A stretch of DNA of 64,000 nt, from positions 148,738,001 through 148,802,000 of the forward strand of contig CM097882.1 of assembly GCA_044892505.1 (NCBI GenBank), written 5' to 3'. Source of the DNA: Schmidtea nova. Its lineage: Eukaryota. Under the pieces are notes generated by a model. That model saw nothing but the letters and a program-made list of their open reading frames with translations, was not told the origin of the DNA and made no database searches. This document shows positions 41,860 through 50,287 of this stretch, in pieces. The position numbers and the translations under genes were made by a program. Every line of letters starts with the position of its first letter. The first letter of the stretch is position 1.

Positions 41860-42316
41860 CATCGAATAATTATTTACCGCATCCTTGACAAATAGACGTA
41901 TAAATATTATCCAATTTCAAATCATTATACACTTCTGGATTGAACAAAACTTTGAATTCTCCATTCTTTACCGACACGACTTGTAAAAAATAAAGTTGTT
42001 CAACATTTGCAAGACTTTGAAATTGACAAGGACTGTTTGAATCGTTAAATATCGAAAATTCACCTGCCATCAAAATTGAAGATTTCCAATCACCTAAAGA
42101 ACCTTTGATTGTTTTGACAATGTCAACTGTCAGCTTATATTTGGCGTTGGGCAAGTCGATTTTCATTCCACCTTTTCCAATTATTATTATAGGCGATAAA
42201 ATTGCCTTTGTTTGAATGTTGTCACCGAAATCTTTTAATTTCTCACACAAATCTTCCGCGCCGATTTGATAAAATACAAAACAGCATTGACAAAGAAATA
42301 GTATTATGATATTCAT
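4827..42316 (-). CDS. nrg: Neuregulin/vein-like membrane-anchored EGF-family ligand, 8 exons: join(42316-41878,31121-30977,27415-27309,14025-13911,9828-9779,6963-6837,5115-5052,5000-4827), 406 aa
   Basis: Exon lengths 439+145+107+115+50+127+64+174=1221 nt give one open frame ending in TAA. All introns are GT-AG with matching phases (1,2,1,2,1,2,0). Domain order SP, N-terminal domain, Ig, EGF, TM, tail is that of neuregulins. The symbol is family-level only. Confidence 0.9.
5052..5115 (-). CDS. nrg: nrg exon 7: basic juxtamembrane segment
   Basis: tttatag|(K)HRKRTTEGKANKKSEIGFKIS|gtaatg. Confidence 0.85.
6837..6963 (-). CDS. nrg: nrg exon 6: transmembrane segment
   Basis: AG at 6965-6964 (gap edge), then (E)FIAEQNSKLAVKYIIIGCLIVLAGCILILIVIVCLWKFYFT aa|gtattt. 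Confidence 0.85.
8901..9056. mobile_element. Penelope family A fragment with inverted (fold-back) junction
   Basis: Homologous to 1852-1925 and 58440-58500. Arms 8937-8997 and 9008-9056 are reverse complements; aaagaactttta occurs on both sides as a possible TSD. Confidence 0.65.
9779..9828 (-). CDS. nrg: nrg exon 5: EGF domain C5-C6 + stalk
   Basis: atttccag|(R)CNKGFAGPTCVDVSKT g|gtaaat; 50 nt. Confidence 0.9.
10120..10254. mobile_element. U3-A8 hammerhead element, minus copy plus short inverted duplicate
   Basis: Minus 10174-10210 reads TACACAC-TTGATAA-A-GGC-TGT-GCC-GGAA-TATT-GTGTA (GAAA mutated). A degenerate plus copy lies at 10219-10254. Confidence 0.7.
10535..10576 (-). ncRNA. Minimal type I hammerhead ribozyme (second arm)
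   Basis: Same motif on the minus strand, with one mismatch in helix I (ATTGCA vs TGCTAT). Confidence 0.85.
10747..10788 (+). ncRNA. Minimal type I hammerhead ribozyme
   Basis: ATAGCA-CTGATGA-GAGC(CAAAA)GCTC-GAAAC-TA-GTC^-TGCTAT: full core, 6-bp helix I, 4-bp helix II, palindromic ACTAGT helix III, GUC cleavage site. Confidence 0.9.
10878..11108. mobile_element. hAT-type MITE
   Basis: Ends CAGGAGTGTACAAC / GTTGGCCAGCCCTG; 8-bp TSD atttaata / atttaaga. Confidence 0.75.
11495..11695. repeat. 33-bp minisatellite, about 6 units
   Basis: Unit ttgcgtttggatttcaaattagttgtaaattgc. Confidence 0.9.
13190..13570 (-). pseudogene. Highly degenerate Tc1/Tc3-like transposase fragment
   Basis: Remnants QDIFQKF...LTPRTGRRTK, a CLDGNGL*NY-like segment and SGGWLKW (cf. 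NLDGPDG and GGGSVMVW). Confidence 0.35.
13911..14025 (-). CDS. nrg: nrg exon 4: EGF domain C1-C4
   Basis: aatttaag|(L)GKIMESPISSCSPNDEKFCNGNGKCYQDKSEKISKFC cg|gtaaat. Phase-2 intron between C4 and C5, as in ErbB-ligand genes. Confidence 0.9.
14987..15229 (-). CDS. Ly6/uPAR (three-finger, LU-domain)-like first exon or gene fragment nested in nrg intron 3
   Basis: Signal peptide MYCNCFWILISFLIAIILKIHG followed by LHCYACDS...C-x4-C-x3-FCIKTTGAYG. The C-terminal half of the domain was not found. Confidence 0.55.
   Translation of the reverse strand: MYCNCFWILISFLIAIILKIHGLHCYACDSIKHFYWLEKLVYGGENRVMPQPCNLTVCTANFCIKTTGAYGVLKEVMMVY
15456..16391 (+). mobile_element. Solo LTR (family shared with 47737-50287 and 60283-61050)
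   Basis: Starts TGTCGTTACAG, ends ...gccctagaa. Shares the gtagtt...ctcacct and ctagcag/ctagtgg motif block with the other two copies; no TSD found. Confidence 0.55.
16856..16894 (-). ncRNA. Degenerate minimal hammerhead candidate
   Basis: GCAG-CTGATGA-aAAGAA(TTAAG)TTCTC-GAAA-TATA-TTGC; helix II closing pair imperfect. Confidence 0.4.
17167..17682. mobile_element. Fold-back/MITE with about 128-bp terminal inverted repeats
   Basis: 17167-17294 is the reverse complement of 17555-17682 (tactcgastacagaaaagacgg...); it abuts the truncated Gypsy 5' LTR. Confidence 0.75.
17948..19126 (+). pseudogene. Gypsy gag with four CCHC zinc knuckles
   Basis: CWTCHKVGHLSRDC, CFKCGKQ*HVKSQC, CYVCGTPGHVRRDC, CTRCSLGEHKEADC at 18662-18889. 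Confidence 0.85.
19370..22203 (+). pseudogene. Gypsy pol (protease, RT, RNase H, integrase)
   Basis: LLDTGATV at 19374; FSSIDLGNTYYQV, FGIAATPGTFQ and YQDNIL in RT; PILGFPDF in RNase H; IDICGP...HIDCG...NGLIER in integrase; GPY C-terminal module. Confidence 0.95.
23652..23985. mobile_element. Tc1/pogo-type MITE embedded in (TA)n
   Basis: TIRs aattctgtttttacgcgaa / tgtgtaaaaacagaatt; internal ttacacgaatt repeats; long (TA)n on both sides (23577-23651, ~24020-24065). Confidence 0.65.
24118..25392 (+). repeat. Diverged direct repeat pair of about 125 bp (24118-24243 and 25266-25392)
   Basis: Shared ttctatgtctattatttaaa...aataattaggcygctaaaatttc. Confidence 0.75.
27309..27415 (-). CDS. nrg: nrg exon 3: Ig domain, second half
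   Basis: attatttag|(K)GGVRLIQPINNSTNEVQVCESVNVIGSASYSIVVK c|gtaatt. Phase 2 in and phase 1 out; supplies the second Ig cysteine. Not in the ORF track. Confidence 0.85.
28879..29147. mobile_element. piggyBac-type MITE
   Basis: TTAA-CCCTTTCAATGC ... GCAGTGGAAGGG-TTAA. Confidence 0.85.
29870..30590 (+). mobile_element. Dispersed repeat family B, probably a Penelope pseudo-LTR
   Basis: Homologous to 46960-47735 (minus) and 54800-55150 (plus): shared ggtatgg, ccagaaa...attaag and ggaaacccg blocks. Confidence 0.5.
30597..30827. mobile_element. piggyBac-type MITE
   Basis: TTAA-CCCTTTCTAAGG ... CCTTAGAAAGGG-TTAA. Confidence 0.9.
30977..31121 (-). CDS. nrg: nrg exon 2: Ig domain, first half
   Basis: ttttcag|(G)KKPSVTVKDMTKSLDFLVAECISNGHPVPVTKWK...EPI aa|gtaatt. 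Contains the Ig C-x3-G-x-P-x-P-x3-W motif. Confidence 0.9.
31990..33450 (+). pseudogene. Degenerate mariner transposase split by a MULE
   Basis: DETSLSLYISKT, KMKFGTDHRKPLMLTIIWDQSGII and, after the MULE, NSTYYSNFVDR; collinear with the mariner at 47860. Confidence 0.7.
32567..33191. mobile_element. Non-autonomous Mutator (MULE)-like element with RING remnant
   Basis: 10-bp TSD ttattaattc on both sides; ends GGGTGCCAGTACC / GGTATGGCCTC; inverted arrays of tatcgtaa; CSQCA and CPSCGEKIELVIKP fragments. Confidence 0.75.
33911..34768 (-). mobile_element. Internally deleted hAT (Charlie/Buster-like)
   Basis: TIR CAGTTGTTCTCAAA / TTTGAGAACCACTG; perfect 8-bp TSD AGTTAAGG; minus-strand C-terminus LEEEMRVALSFIRPNIAEICKDRQAHVSH*. 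Confidence 0.9.
35191..35606. mobile_element. hAT-type MITE
   Basis: CAGGGC...GGCCCTG ends; TSD tgccaaca / tgttaaca. Confidence 0.7.
35885..36668 (+). mobile_element. Solo LTR
   Basis: TGTTG...CAACA termini, AATAAA signals near the 3' end, imperfect 4-bp TSD tatt/tgtt. Confidence 0.7.
36990..37730 (-). pseudogene. Degenerate Tc1 (DD34E-type) transposase
   Basis: N-terminal HTH-like MVKIEEFNK...GKPERYISNKLQMPKRTLH, then IMWPD, SDGRRWTWK, FQQDNDSK and KVLTWP...PDLNPIENL. Confidence 0.85.
37975..38848 (-). mobile_element. Non-autonomous Ginger2/TDD-like element
   Basis: TATA-TGTTACGGT ... ACCGTAACA-TATA (4-bp TSD, TGT/ACA ends, ggtaaatgt repeats). ORF 38433-38172 (YRRLQRYDIL...KRLIFP...VKYFV) resembles the N-terminus of KRBA2/Ginger2-type integrases. 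Confidence 0.8.
38992..39090 (+). mobile_element. U3-A8 hammerhead element copy next to (TA)n
   Basis: TACAC-TTGATAA-A-GACTGCC-GAAA-TATT-GTGTA (helix II shortened). Confidence 0.7.
39990..40580 (+). pseudogene. Polinton/Maverick (adintovirus-type) protein-primed DNA polymerase B, C-terminal fragment
   Basis: IGQTILDLYKLRMY, GDPDSF (cf. YxDTDS), LDTSNYDLSHQIYS, KFKD, FLRRKHYS, LTNLDGKR, VYGHY. Confidence 0.85.
40612..41020. repeat. Degenerate inverted repeat (arms about 40612-40745 and 40862-41020)
   Basis: gatgtttctttttgt and tttgtcartygtttttatgaatttt are mirrored. Confidence 0.65.
41795..41858. repeat. (ATT)n microsatellite just inside nrg intron 1
   Basis: About 21 units. Other simple repeats: (TA)n at 14590-14646, 38941-38992, 42893-42925; (ATT)n at 52935-52985. 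Confidence 0.95.
41878..42316 (-). CDS. nrg: nrg exon 1: signal peptide + NRG2/type-II-NRG1-like N-terminal domain
   Basis: MNIIILFLCQCCFVFYQIGA, then QTKAILSPIIIIGK...ICQGC G|gtaaat (phase-1 donor). It resembles, from memory, the NRG2 N-terminal domain (AYKAPVVVEGKV...CTDCA) that precedes the Ig domain. Confidence 0.85.
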
Positions 42317-42890
42317 GATTTTTAAATGATGAGAGAAAAAGAATTGATAAAAAAAATACAGCGATCAACTATAATATGTGATTCATCGTATGCTTCACTG
42401 AACAGTAAACCACATAGCATACTTCCAAGTGCTCCATAGCACAAAATATTATTAAAAGATTAGTCAGTAAATTTCAGTAGATTCTATGTCAATAGAATAG
42501 ATGAGACCAAATTACTGATATACCATGAATACTGATAGCCATTGTAATTTATAAATAAATAAATCAATTGGTTTAAATGACAACCATTTTCGTAAGGTGA
42601 AAAAATTTTCGCTTGTACTATCAATAAATTTATTAGCAATTTTCAGAAAATTTAAATTTATTTTAAAATAATTTTCTCAAATCTTTATTTTGAAAATTAT
42701 ATTATGTAAAAAGTTGTAATTGTGACGATTTTATTTCTTTATCGTTTGTAACTATCGATAAGTCTAGAACTCATGATATTTATCTCCATAATGGAATATG
42801 ATCACGTGATATGGAACATGATTCATACTAATTTCAAATTAATGCAGTTGCATTCACACATGTCAAACCTTTGATCATAATTATTATTCG

Positions 42891-42930
<40 letters not shown>

Positions 42931-43074
42931 CTTACACGAAAGGGCATAAATAAAGGCCAGACAGGCAACAATTAAGGTACATATAATAACAATTTAAATT
43001 GTCTATAGAAAAATTTACTTACCTACTGTAAATAAGGACAAAAATGAAAAGCGGTTATAAATTACGGGCCTATA

Positions 43075-44101
43075 CCCCAAAGCGCATAAATTAAGGGCCA
43101 GCAGGTAAAATGTAAAGTATCTATAATAACAAATTATTTTATATATAGAAAACATATACATAACTACTGCAGATCAGGACAAAGAAATAAACACGGTCAT
43201 AAATTACGGGCCTCTACTATAGAAAATAAGAAAAATAAATTAGGTCAAAAAAACATACACAACACACGAAAAACCTATAATGAAAAGTACAAACACGTGG
43301 ACATTATTTAAGTGACAGTCTTTAATTAAGGGATTTTCAAATTTTAAAAAATCATGATTTACGAAGATATTTCAGAAGCTTCGTCTGAATCAACCATGCC
43401 ATTTATTGGAGAAGATCAAGGAGAAATGTAAATTTACAATTATATTAAAAAAATAAAAATTAATATTTTTAGAAATGCAGAAAACGAAGCTATAATGCCT
43501 CAAATGGCCGAAACTGTAGAAAGAAAACATCGAAAAACGTAAAACAAATTTGAATTTTTAATTTTTAACTTAAATTTTTATAGATAATCTGAACTTGAAA
43601 AAACATTATTAATAGAAGTAATGAAACGCGGTGAAAATTATGAAGAATTCGGCAGGCAAATGTTTTTGAACCTAAAATTATTAAAGACATAGTGTCGAGG
43701 TAGAAAAAACTGGCATTCTTACAGCAGGGAAAAGAGGCAGATAACATGTTAGTCTAATAATGGAAAAAAATGGAATACAATGAATTGATTGTGTGGACCA
43801 CAATTATTGGATTACTTTGTAAGAAATGAAAAACTTCTTGGATACAATTAGCTGCAATGTATACACAAAAACAATAAGTTGATAAAATTATAGAGAATTA
43901 CTTTTTTCTGTATTTCATAAATATCTAAAAAATATCTAGATAAAATAAATTGGTATCTAACTTAAAATATTAAATAAACTTAAAATATGCTAAAATAGCT
44001 TAAATACATAGTTAAAAATTAAATTTAAAAAAATAAGTAGTAAATAAATACCAACTGCCTGTATTAAGTGTCTTTTGGCCCTTAATTACAGACTTTTGGT
44101 G
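43075..44101 (+). mobile_element. Tc1/IS630-like element (inner copy) nested in its own relative
   Basis: TA-CCCCAAAGCGCATAAATTAAGGGCCA ... TGGCCCTTAATTACAGACTTTTGGTG-TA; ATG at ~43355, two ~44-bp GT-AG introns, HTH-like RKT*SELEK..RGE..FGRQM..KTGILTAGKRG. Confidence 0.7.
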
Positions 44102-45796
44102 TACTATAGAATAAAAGAAAAATAAATTAAGTCAAAAAACAGACAACACACCCTAAAATACAAGCACACACACATAATTTAAGTGACAATCTTTAATTAA
44201 GGGATTTTAAAATTAAAAAATAAAATGATTTATGAAGACATTTCAGAAGTTTCGTCTGAATCAACCATGTAATTTATAGGAGAGGATCAAGGAGAAATGT
44301 AAATTTAAAATTATATTAAAAAATTTGATAAAAAAATATTTTTGAAATGCAGAAAATGAAGTTATTATGCCTCAACCAGCTGAACCTGCAGAAGGGAAAC
44401 ATCGAAAAACGTAAAATAAGTTTGAATTTTTAATTTTTAACTTAATTTTTTAAAGATTTACAGAACACGTCAAAAATTTCTTAATTAAAGTAGTGAAACG
44501 GGGTGAAGATTGTCAATGATTTGGCCGTCAAATGGGTTTTAAAACTGGGCTTCTTACAACAGGGAAAAGATGGAGAAAACATATCAGAAGAAAAAGGAAC
44601 GCAATTATTGTCAAATAAAAATTATAATGACTTGCTCNNNNNNNNNNNNNNNNNNNNNNNNNNNNNNNNNNNNNNNNNNNNNNNNNNNNNNNNNNNNNNN
44701 NNNNNNNNNNNNNNNNNNNNNNNNNNNNNNNNNNNNNNNNNNNNNNNNNNNNNNNNNNNNNNNNNNNNNNNNNNNNGAATAAGGGTTTTAAAATTAAAAT
44801 ATTATACAGTAGAAAATGGAAGGTACAGTATAAATATACATGTGGATCAGATGGCAATAACAATTCAATAATCAATGGAAAATATCAACTTCAACGACAT
44901 AATGATTTTAGTGATTTTATATGATGATATTTTACTGTTGATCTCATTTGACTTTTGTTTTATGATGATGAAAATTATGTGATTAAGATGTGACTATCTG
45001 GCAATTTTTATTTTTATGGGATAATTTTATTTTGTTTCTGTTAATAAAATATTGTTGACAATTAATTTTTGTAATGACAATTTATCAGCGTGACAATTTA
45101 TCATTTGACAATTTATCATTTGTGTTATTGCGAACATTTATTGACATTTTTTATGGTGATGGACAAAATTTTATATAATTTTGAAAAAATATTTTGTGTT
45201 GAAAATATTTTATGTAAATTAATTTTTAACTATTTGGAAAATGGATTATATTTTCATTTATATTTTAATATTTTAATTCAATAAATAATAATAATAAAAT
45301 AAATTAATAATACCGATTGTTTAAATAAATTAAAAATAAATAAATTACTGTTTGTTTAAATAAATTATAATTCTGACCTACAAGGTCAGAAAAAAGAAAT
45401 AATATCTCAAGGTTAAAAAATAATTTTGAAAACAATTCTGTTTTGAAAACAACTCTATTTTCAAAAACAATTTTAATCAACTCAAGAGGCAAAATAACAA
45501 TCATTATTGACAGATTAAGTGCCTTAAAATTTAGTATATAAACTGACTGATTTTTCAGTCAAAATCTTTGCGTAAGAAGAATTTCATAGTTGTTATCGAC
45601 TATTGAAATAATAATTTCGAGAATACAAGATATCGAGCTCAGAAGGCATTCACACATACACATGCATACATATATATTTACACATTAAAGGAACAATATT
45701 GTGAATCTGTAACAATTTTTTAGGTAATTTGTATTTGTTGTATTTGAATAAAATTCTTTGAACCAGTGTTATCTTATTTATTTATATAAGATACCA

Positions 45797-45934
45797 AATA
45801 CACACTTGATAAAGGCTGTGCCGAAATATTGTGTTATTGTTTAAAAAAAAAAATTTTTGATCTATAGTCATTATGAGAATTATTGATAATAATAATAAAA
45901 AAAGATCAAAGGTGAAAAAAGATAATTATGATAT
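45797..45934 (+). mobile_element. 138-bp hammerhead-bearing retroposon with 12-bp TSD
   Basis: TSD tataagatacca at 45785-45796 and 45935-45946; empty site in the paralog at ~52550-52570. Confidence 0.85.
45802..45834 (+). ncRNA. Minimal hammerhead, U3-A8 core variant
   Basis: ACAC-TTGATAA-A-GGC(TGT)GCC-GAAA-TA-TT^-GTGT: the C3-G8 pair is replaced by U3-A8 and helix III is the palindrome ATAT. Confidence 0.75.
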
Positions 45935-47736
45935 TATAAGATACCAAGTTGAGATTCTTGGAACCTCAACACACACACACACACACATATATATATAATA
46001 AATTGATATTTAACTTTTTTTAATAATATTAAATAAATTTAAAATAAGCTAAAATAGGTTAAAAATATGGTTAAAATCATAATAAATAGTTATTACTTAC
46101 CAACTGACAGTAATAAATGTCTTTGTAGCTCTTAATTACAGACTGTTGGAGTATAAACAGGAAACATAAAAAAGAATTTTAGGTTACATTTACATTGGAG
46201 GTGATTCAATAGATCGAGTTCATGAATATAGTTTTTTGTATTGTGTATTTTTAGGTTACTAATTCTAACAAAGTTTTTACATTTTATGTTTAAAACACAC
46301 AAGTGCATCCAACTCTTAGGGTAAGTATGTATTTTATTAACGCATAATTTATGTTGCATATTCTGATTTTGTTTTGCATTATTAATAAATTAATGCTGTG
46401 ACCACGCAAATTGATATGACTAATGACATTATGTTTGGAAGTATGCCAACTGTCATAAGAAACAAAATAGAAAGGGTTCAAATGAGACAGTAATTTAAGA
46501 GTACGAAGATCTATCTTTTTAATATATAAAAACATACACTATTTCAATTTTGGGATTATCCTGGTAACAGTGTCCTAGGATTAAAAAAGGAATCATCTAA
46601 ACAAAAATCTGAAGATCTAACAATAAAATATATTTTTTATTAAAAGTAAAAAGAGGAATTTTGTTAAGGTTTTCAAACCTATCATTTCTAACGGATATAT
46701 TGCAAAATACACTGCTCTTTGATCGTGACGGGCAGATTTTGGTGTTTCGTCTCTCATATAATCATTTCTGATCTGCGAGCTATATCAATGATTTTCCAAT
46801 TTTCTATAATATTTCTAAATCAATAAACTTAAACTTTTATTATTCTACAGAATCTTGATAAGGGGTGTCGCGTCTGATTAATTTTTCAAAAACGATAACT
46901 AATACTGACAAAATTTTAATTAACAAACTATTTTGTTGGGTTTTTTTCCAAAAATTATTATTAACGTCTGACTCCTCGTGATATGAATTTAAAATTAAAC
47001 GAATCACCCAACACAATAACTTTTATTTGACACAAAAAGTTAACACTTCGTTGCGCAAAGATGAATGTCACAATGGGAAATTTCCTAATGCTACACAGTG
47101 TCTTCGGTAACTTATCTCTTTTTATTTCAAATATTTAGAACGCTTCTTTGATCAACTAGTAATGTTATTCGTTTATCAACTCTTTTTATATTATTTTCCC
47201 ACTTTTCTTCAATCATAGGCTGACCTCTCAATCATCCATTGCGGTTCATCGGGCTTCCTATTTTAAGAAAATTTCTACAACAATTTAAATTTAATAAAAT
47301 TTCAGATCACCCATACATCTCGGGATCTTTTCTAATTTGCATTGGGTAATTAAATTATTTTGTTGTACACTTTGGGTTCCCGATGTATTTCGAATTTTCT
47401 TTTATTTCTGTCTTTCGCTACACGTATTTTGGCTAGGATAATCAAATCTATTTGTTGCTAACTCGGGTTTCTCACACTGTTTGTGTTTTCGATTAGGTAA
47501 TTTATTTTATTATTTTATTATTTTAAATATTTGTAGTTTCTTAATATTTATTTCTGTGGACTCCTATTGATTTTATATTGTTATATTTGAATTCTTCCCG
47601 TCATTTAGCACTCGTCCATACCGATTTCCGCGCAAGCTATTAATTATTAATTTTCTAAATTTTTATTATTAATGTTTGTCGTGTTGTTAAACAATCTTCA
47701 ATAAAGGTTACTATTCTCAGTTCCTCCTTCGCTCTA

Positions 47737-50287
47737 GGGTTACAACACTTACATAAAAACCTTATTGCCCGTGCACCCGTAAATACCCTATTTATTTACT
47801 TTGTTACTGTGCATGAGAGCTGACTGCAAATTAACAGGTGAGCTCCTTTCCAAGAACTACGTGGTGCGTTCAATAAGTACCCGACCAAAGGTAAAAAAAT
47901 GTAATGACAAATTTTAATTTTTTTGTATAAATAAATAAATAAATATAGGTTTTGATTTCAATTATTGTGTTATTTTATCAAAAGCATTTAAATTTTTATT
48001 GTGACATTTTGAATTTTCGTCGGTGTAATGATTTCAGACGTTGAGTATCGCAGCGTTATCAAGTTCTTTGTGTTGCAGAAGAAGACGTGCAGTGAAATCT
48101 ACGATCTTTTGCAGTCAACTTACCTACATGACTCCCCATCTCTGACAACTGTTAAATATTGGGTCAGAGAGTTTAAAGGTGGTCGCACCTCTGTTTCTGA
48201 TCAATAAAAATCCGGTCGGCCACAAGAAAGTTTTGACACAGTTTATGAAAAATTGGAGATGCTTTCCATTTTCTGGGATCATAAAGATGTTATTCTCATT
48301 GATTTCGCGGATAAAGGCATCACCATAATTGGATCATCCGCCGTACAGCCCAGATTTGGCACCAAGCGATTTTTACCTCTTTAGACACCTAAAGAAGCAT
48401 TTCAGAGGCACCCAGTTTGGATCCATAGACGATTTGAAGGTTGCCGTGGAGGATTTCTTCAATGCATGTCCCCGAGATTTCTTCAAAAATGCGTTTTCTG
48501 AGTTGATTATTCCTTGGCGGAAGTGTGTGGAGCGAAGATTGTCCAAGAACAGCGTCGAATCACCATGAAAATGCTGTCAACGAAGCTCAACATCAGTGTT
48601 GGTACAGCCCACGCCAAATTGAAATACATGGGTATCAGAAAACTGTGCTCCAGATTCGTACCCCGCTTCTTGACTGGTGAAATGATGCGAAACCGCTTGG
48701 AGTGCAGTCAGAACAACTTGAACCTGTGGGACCAGCATGGTGAGACTTTCCTGGCAAATTTAATAACGGAGGATGAAACCCCACTCAGTATGTATTTGCC
48801 GGAAACAAAGCGTGAGTCAGCAGAGTGGAAACTGCCTGGAGAGAAGCCATCTTTGAAGATGCGAACGGGGACAAGTCATGGGCGAGCGATGATGCTTTCC
48901 ATTTTCTGGGATCATAAAGATGTTATTCTCATTGATTTCGCGGATAAAGGCATCACCATCAACGCTGCCTATTACAGCCAACTCGTGGCAACCGCCAGAA
49001 AGAATAGACGGAAGCAGAAGAATACGCCACTATGGTTTTTCCACGACAATGCGCCAGTGCACAGAGCGGGCGTTTCTCGGGCCACAATTGAAGGTGCTAG
49101 ACTAGTGCTTGTGGATCATCCGCCGTACAGCCCAGATTTGGCACCAAGCGATTTTTACCTCTTTAGACACCTAAAGAAGCATTTCAGAGGCACCCAGTTT
49201 GGATCCATAGACGATTTGAAGGTTGCCGTGGAGGATTTCTTCAATGCATGTCCCCGAGATTTCTTCAAAAATGCGTTTTCTGAGTTGATTATTCCTTGGC
49301 GGAAGTGTGTGGAGCGAAATGGACATTATGTTGAAAAATGATGCCTACATACGTTAAGCTTGTTGTGTTATAAAAATGGCCCATTTTGGAATTCGTTTTC
49401 TTCGTCAGGTTGGGTACTTATTGAACGCACCACGTACTCTCGATTTGGCACTCGTACGGGTTCTACTGGACCGATAGAAGGTCTTATTATTCCCCACTCT
49501 CACCTTGGCGCTGCTCACTAATTTCTGGGTGTTAACTCCAAATCCGCTATGCCCTTCTTACTCGTCTTTTCGTCAGAAAATTACTCACAATTTCTGTTTT
49601 AAAATTACACTAAAGATAAAAGTTAACACTAACACAAAACAACAAATTACATTTTATAATACATATAACTGAACCTCATAACACATATACAACTCAAGTT
49701 TATTTAGCATTGTCATTTTCAATAGATAATGTATTTAGGCTGGTCGACGACTTCGTCTGTTCTTCTTCGAGGTGTTGCTTTGCACGAAGACGAGGTTGTG
49801 CGTGGGTCTTGCGCCTTTTTCTGGTTATTCGGGTGACTCCATCGGCTGTTCTGCTGGAATTCTCTTCAACTCGGTCTGATACTGGGAACCAAGTAGTTAA
49901 CGTTATTGGCCTGACCAGGTCCTTCAAATTATCGCCTATGAACCTTTGAGTAATCAACTTCTTACAATTTTTGAGTTCTATTTTTATGGCGGCTAATTCA
50001 ATCCGTTAGTCTTCGATGACTCCGACTGCCCGGGTCAGCTTATCTTTTGTCGCCTGCAATTTTGCTGACGAGAAGTAACTGCTTTTTAAAGTAAGGATCC
50101 TACTCTTCAACGTTCCTACGGTTTCCGTCTCCATGGCGATCGAATATGTTTTAAAGTTGACTAAATATTCAAATATTAAAAACAAATATTAAAACAAATA
50201 TTAAAACATGACGATTTAGGGAGCTCTCAGCTATACTAGACCGATCGGGTTATACCCTATTCCCCCTAAATCTAGATGTTACTGACA
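47737..50287 (-). mobile_element. Solo LTR (about 975 bp) interrupted by a mariner, with an internal ORF
   Basis: Minus strand starts TGTCAGTAAC (50287) and ends ...gtaaccctaga; shares the U5-like motif block with 15456-16391 and 60283-61050. Confidence 0.6.
47860..49434 (+). mobile_element. Mariner (DD34D), near full length, inactivated
   Basis: TA TSD; 27-bp TIR CGTGGTGCGTTCAATAAGTACCCGACC (1 mismatch); ATG 48028; one TAA; 276-bp internal insertion; motifs FVPRFL, TEDET, HDNA, YSPDLAPSD. Confidence 0.97.

Larger units (their letters stand above)
1418..44776. other. Assembly gaps at 1418-1561, 6966-7575, 16433-16850, 22534-22705 and 44638-44776
   Basis: N runs. Confidence 1.
45040..45985 (+). 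repeat. Dispersed repeat of about 800 bp, paralogous to 51850-52590
   Basis: Long collinear match (gacaatttatcatttgtg ... aagaggcaaaataacaatcattattgacagattaag ... agttgagattct). Confidence 0.85.
42933..46153 (+). mobile_element. Older Tc1/IS630-like element (outer copy) with intron-containing transposase remnant
   Basis: Left end tacacgaaagggcataaataaaggcca; coding remnant 44226-44870 homologous to the inner copy; right end gctcttaattacagactgttggagTA. Interrupted by other repeats and a gap. Confidence 0.6.

Noticed and set aside
1392-44875. ORFs spanning N runs (1392-1583, 6867-7649, 6947-7579, 6955-7623, 16386-16887, 22491-22760, 44528-44875 etc.)
   Set aside because: They are open only because N codons are not stops. 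Only the TM part of 6788-7582 and LTR/transposase edges are real.
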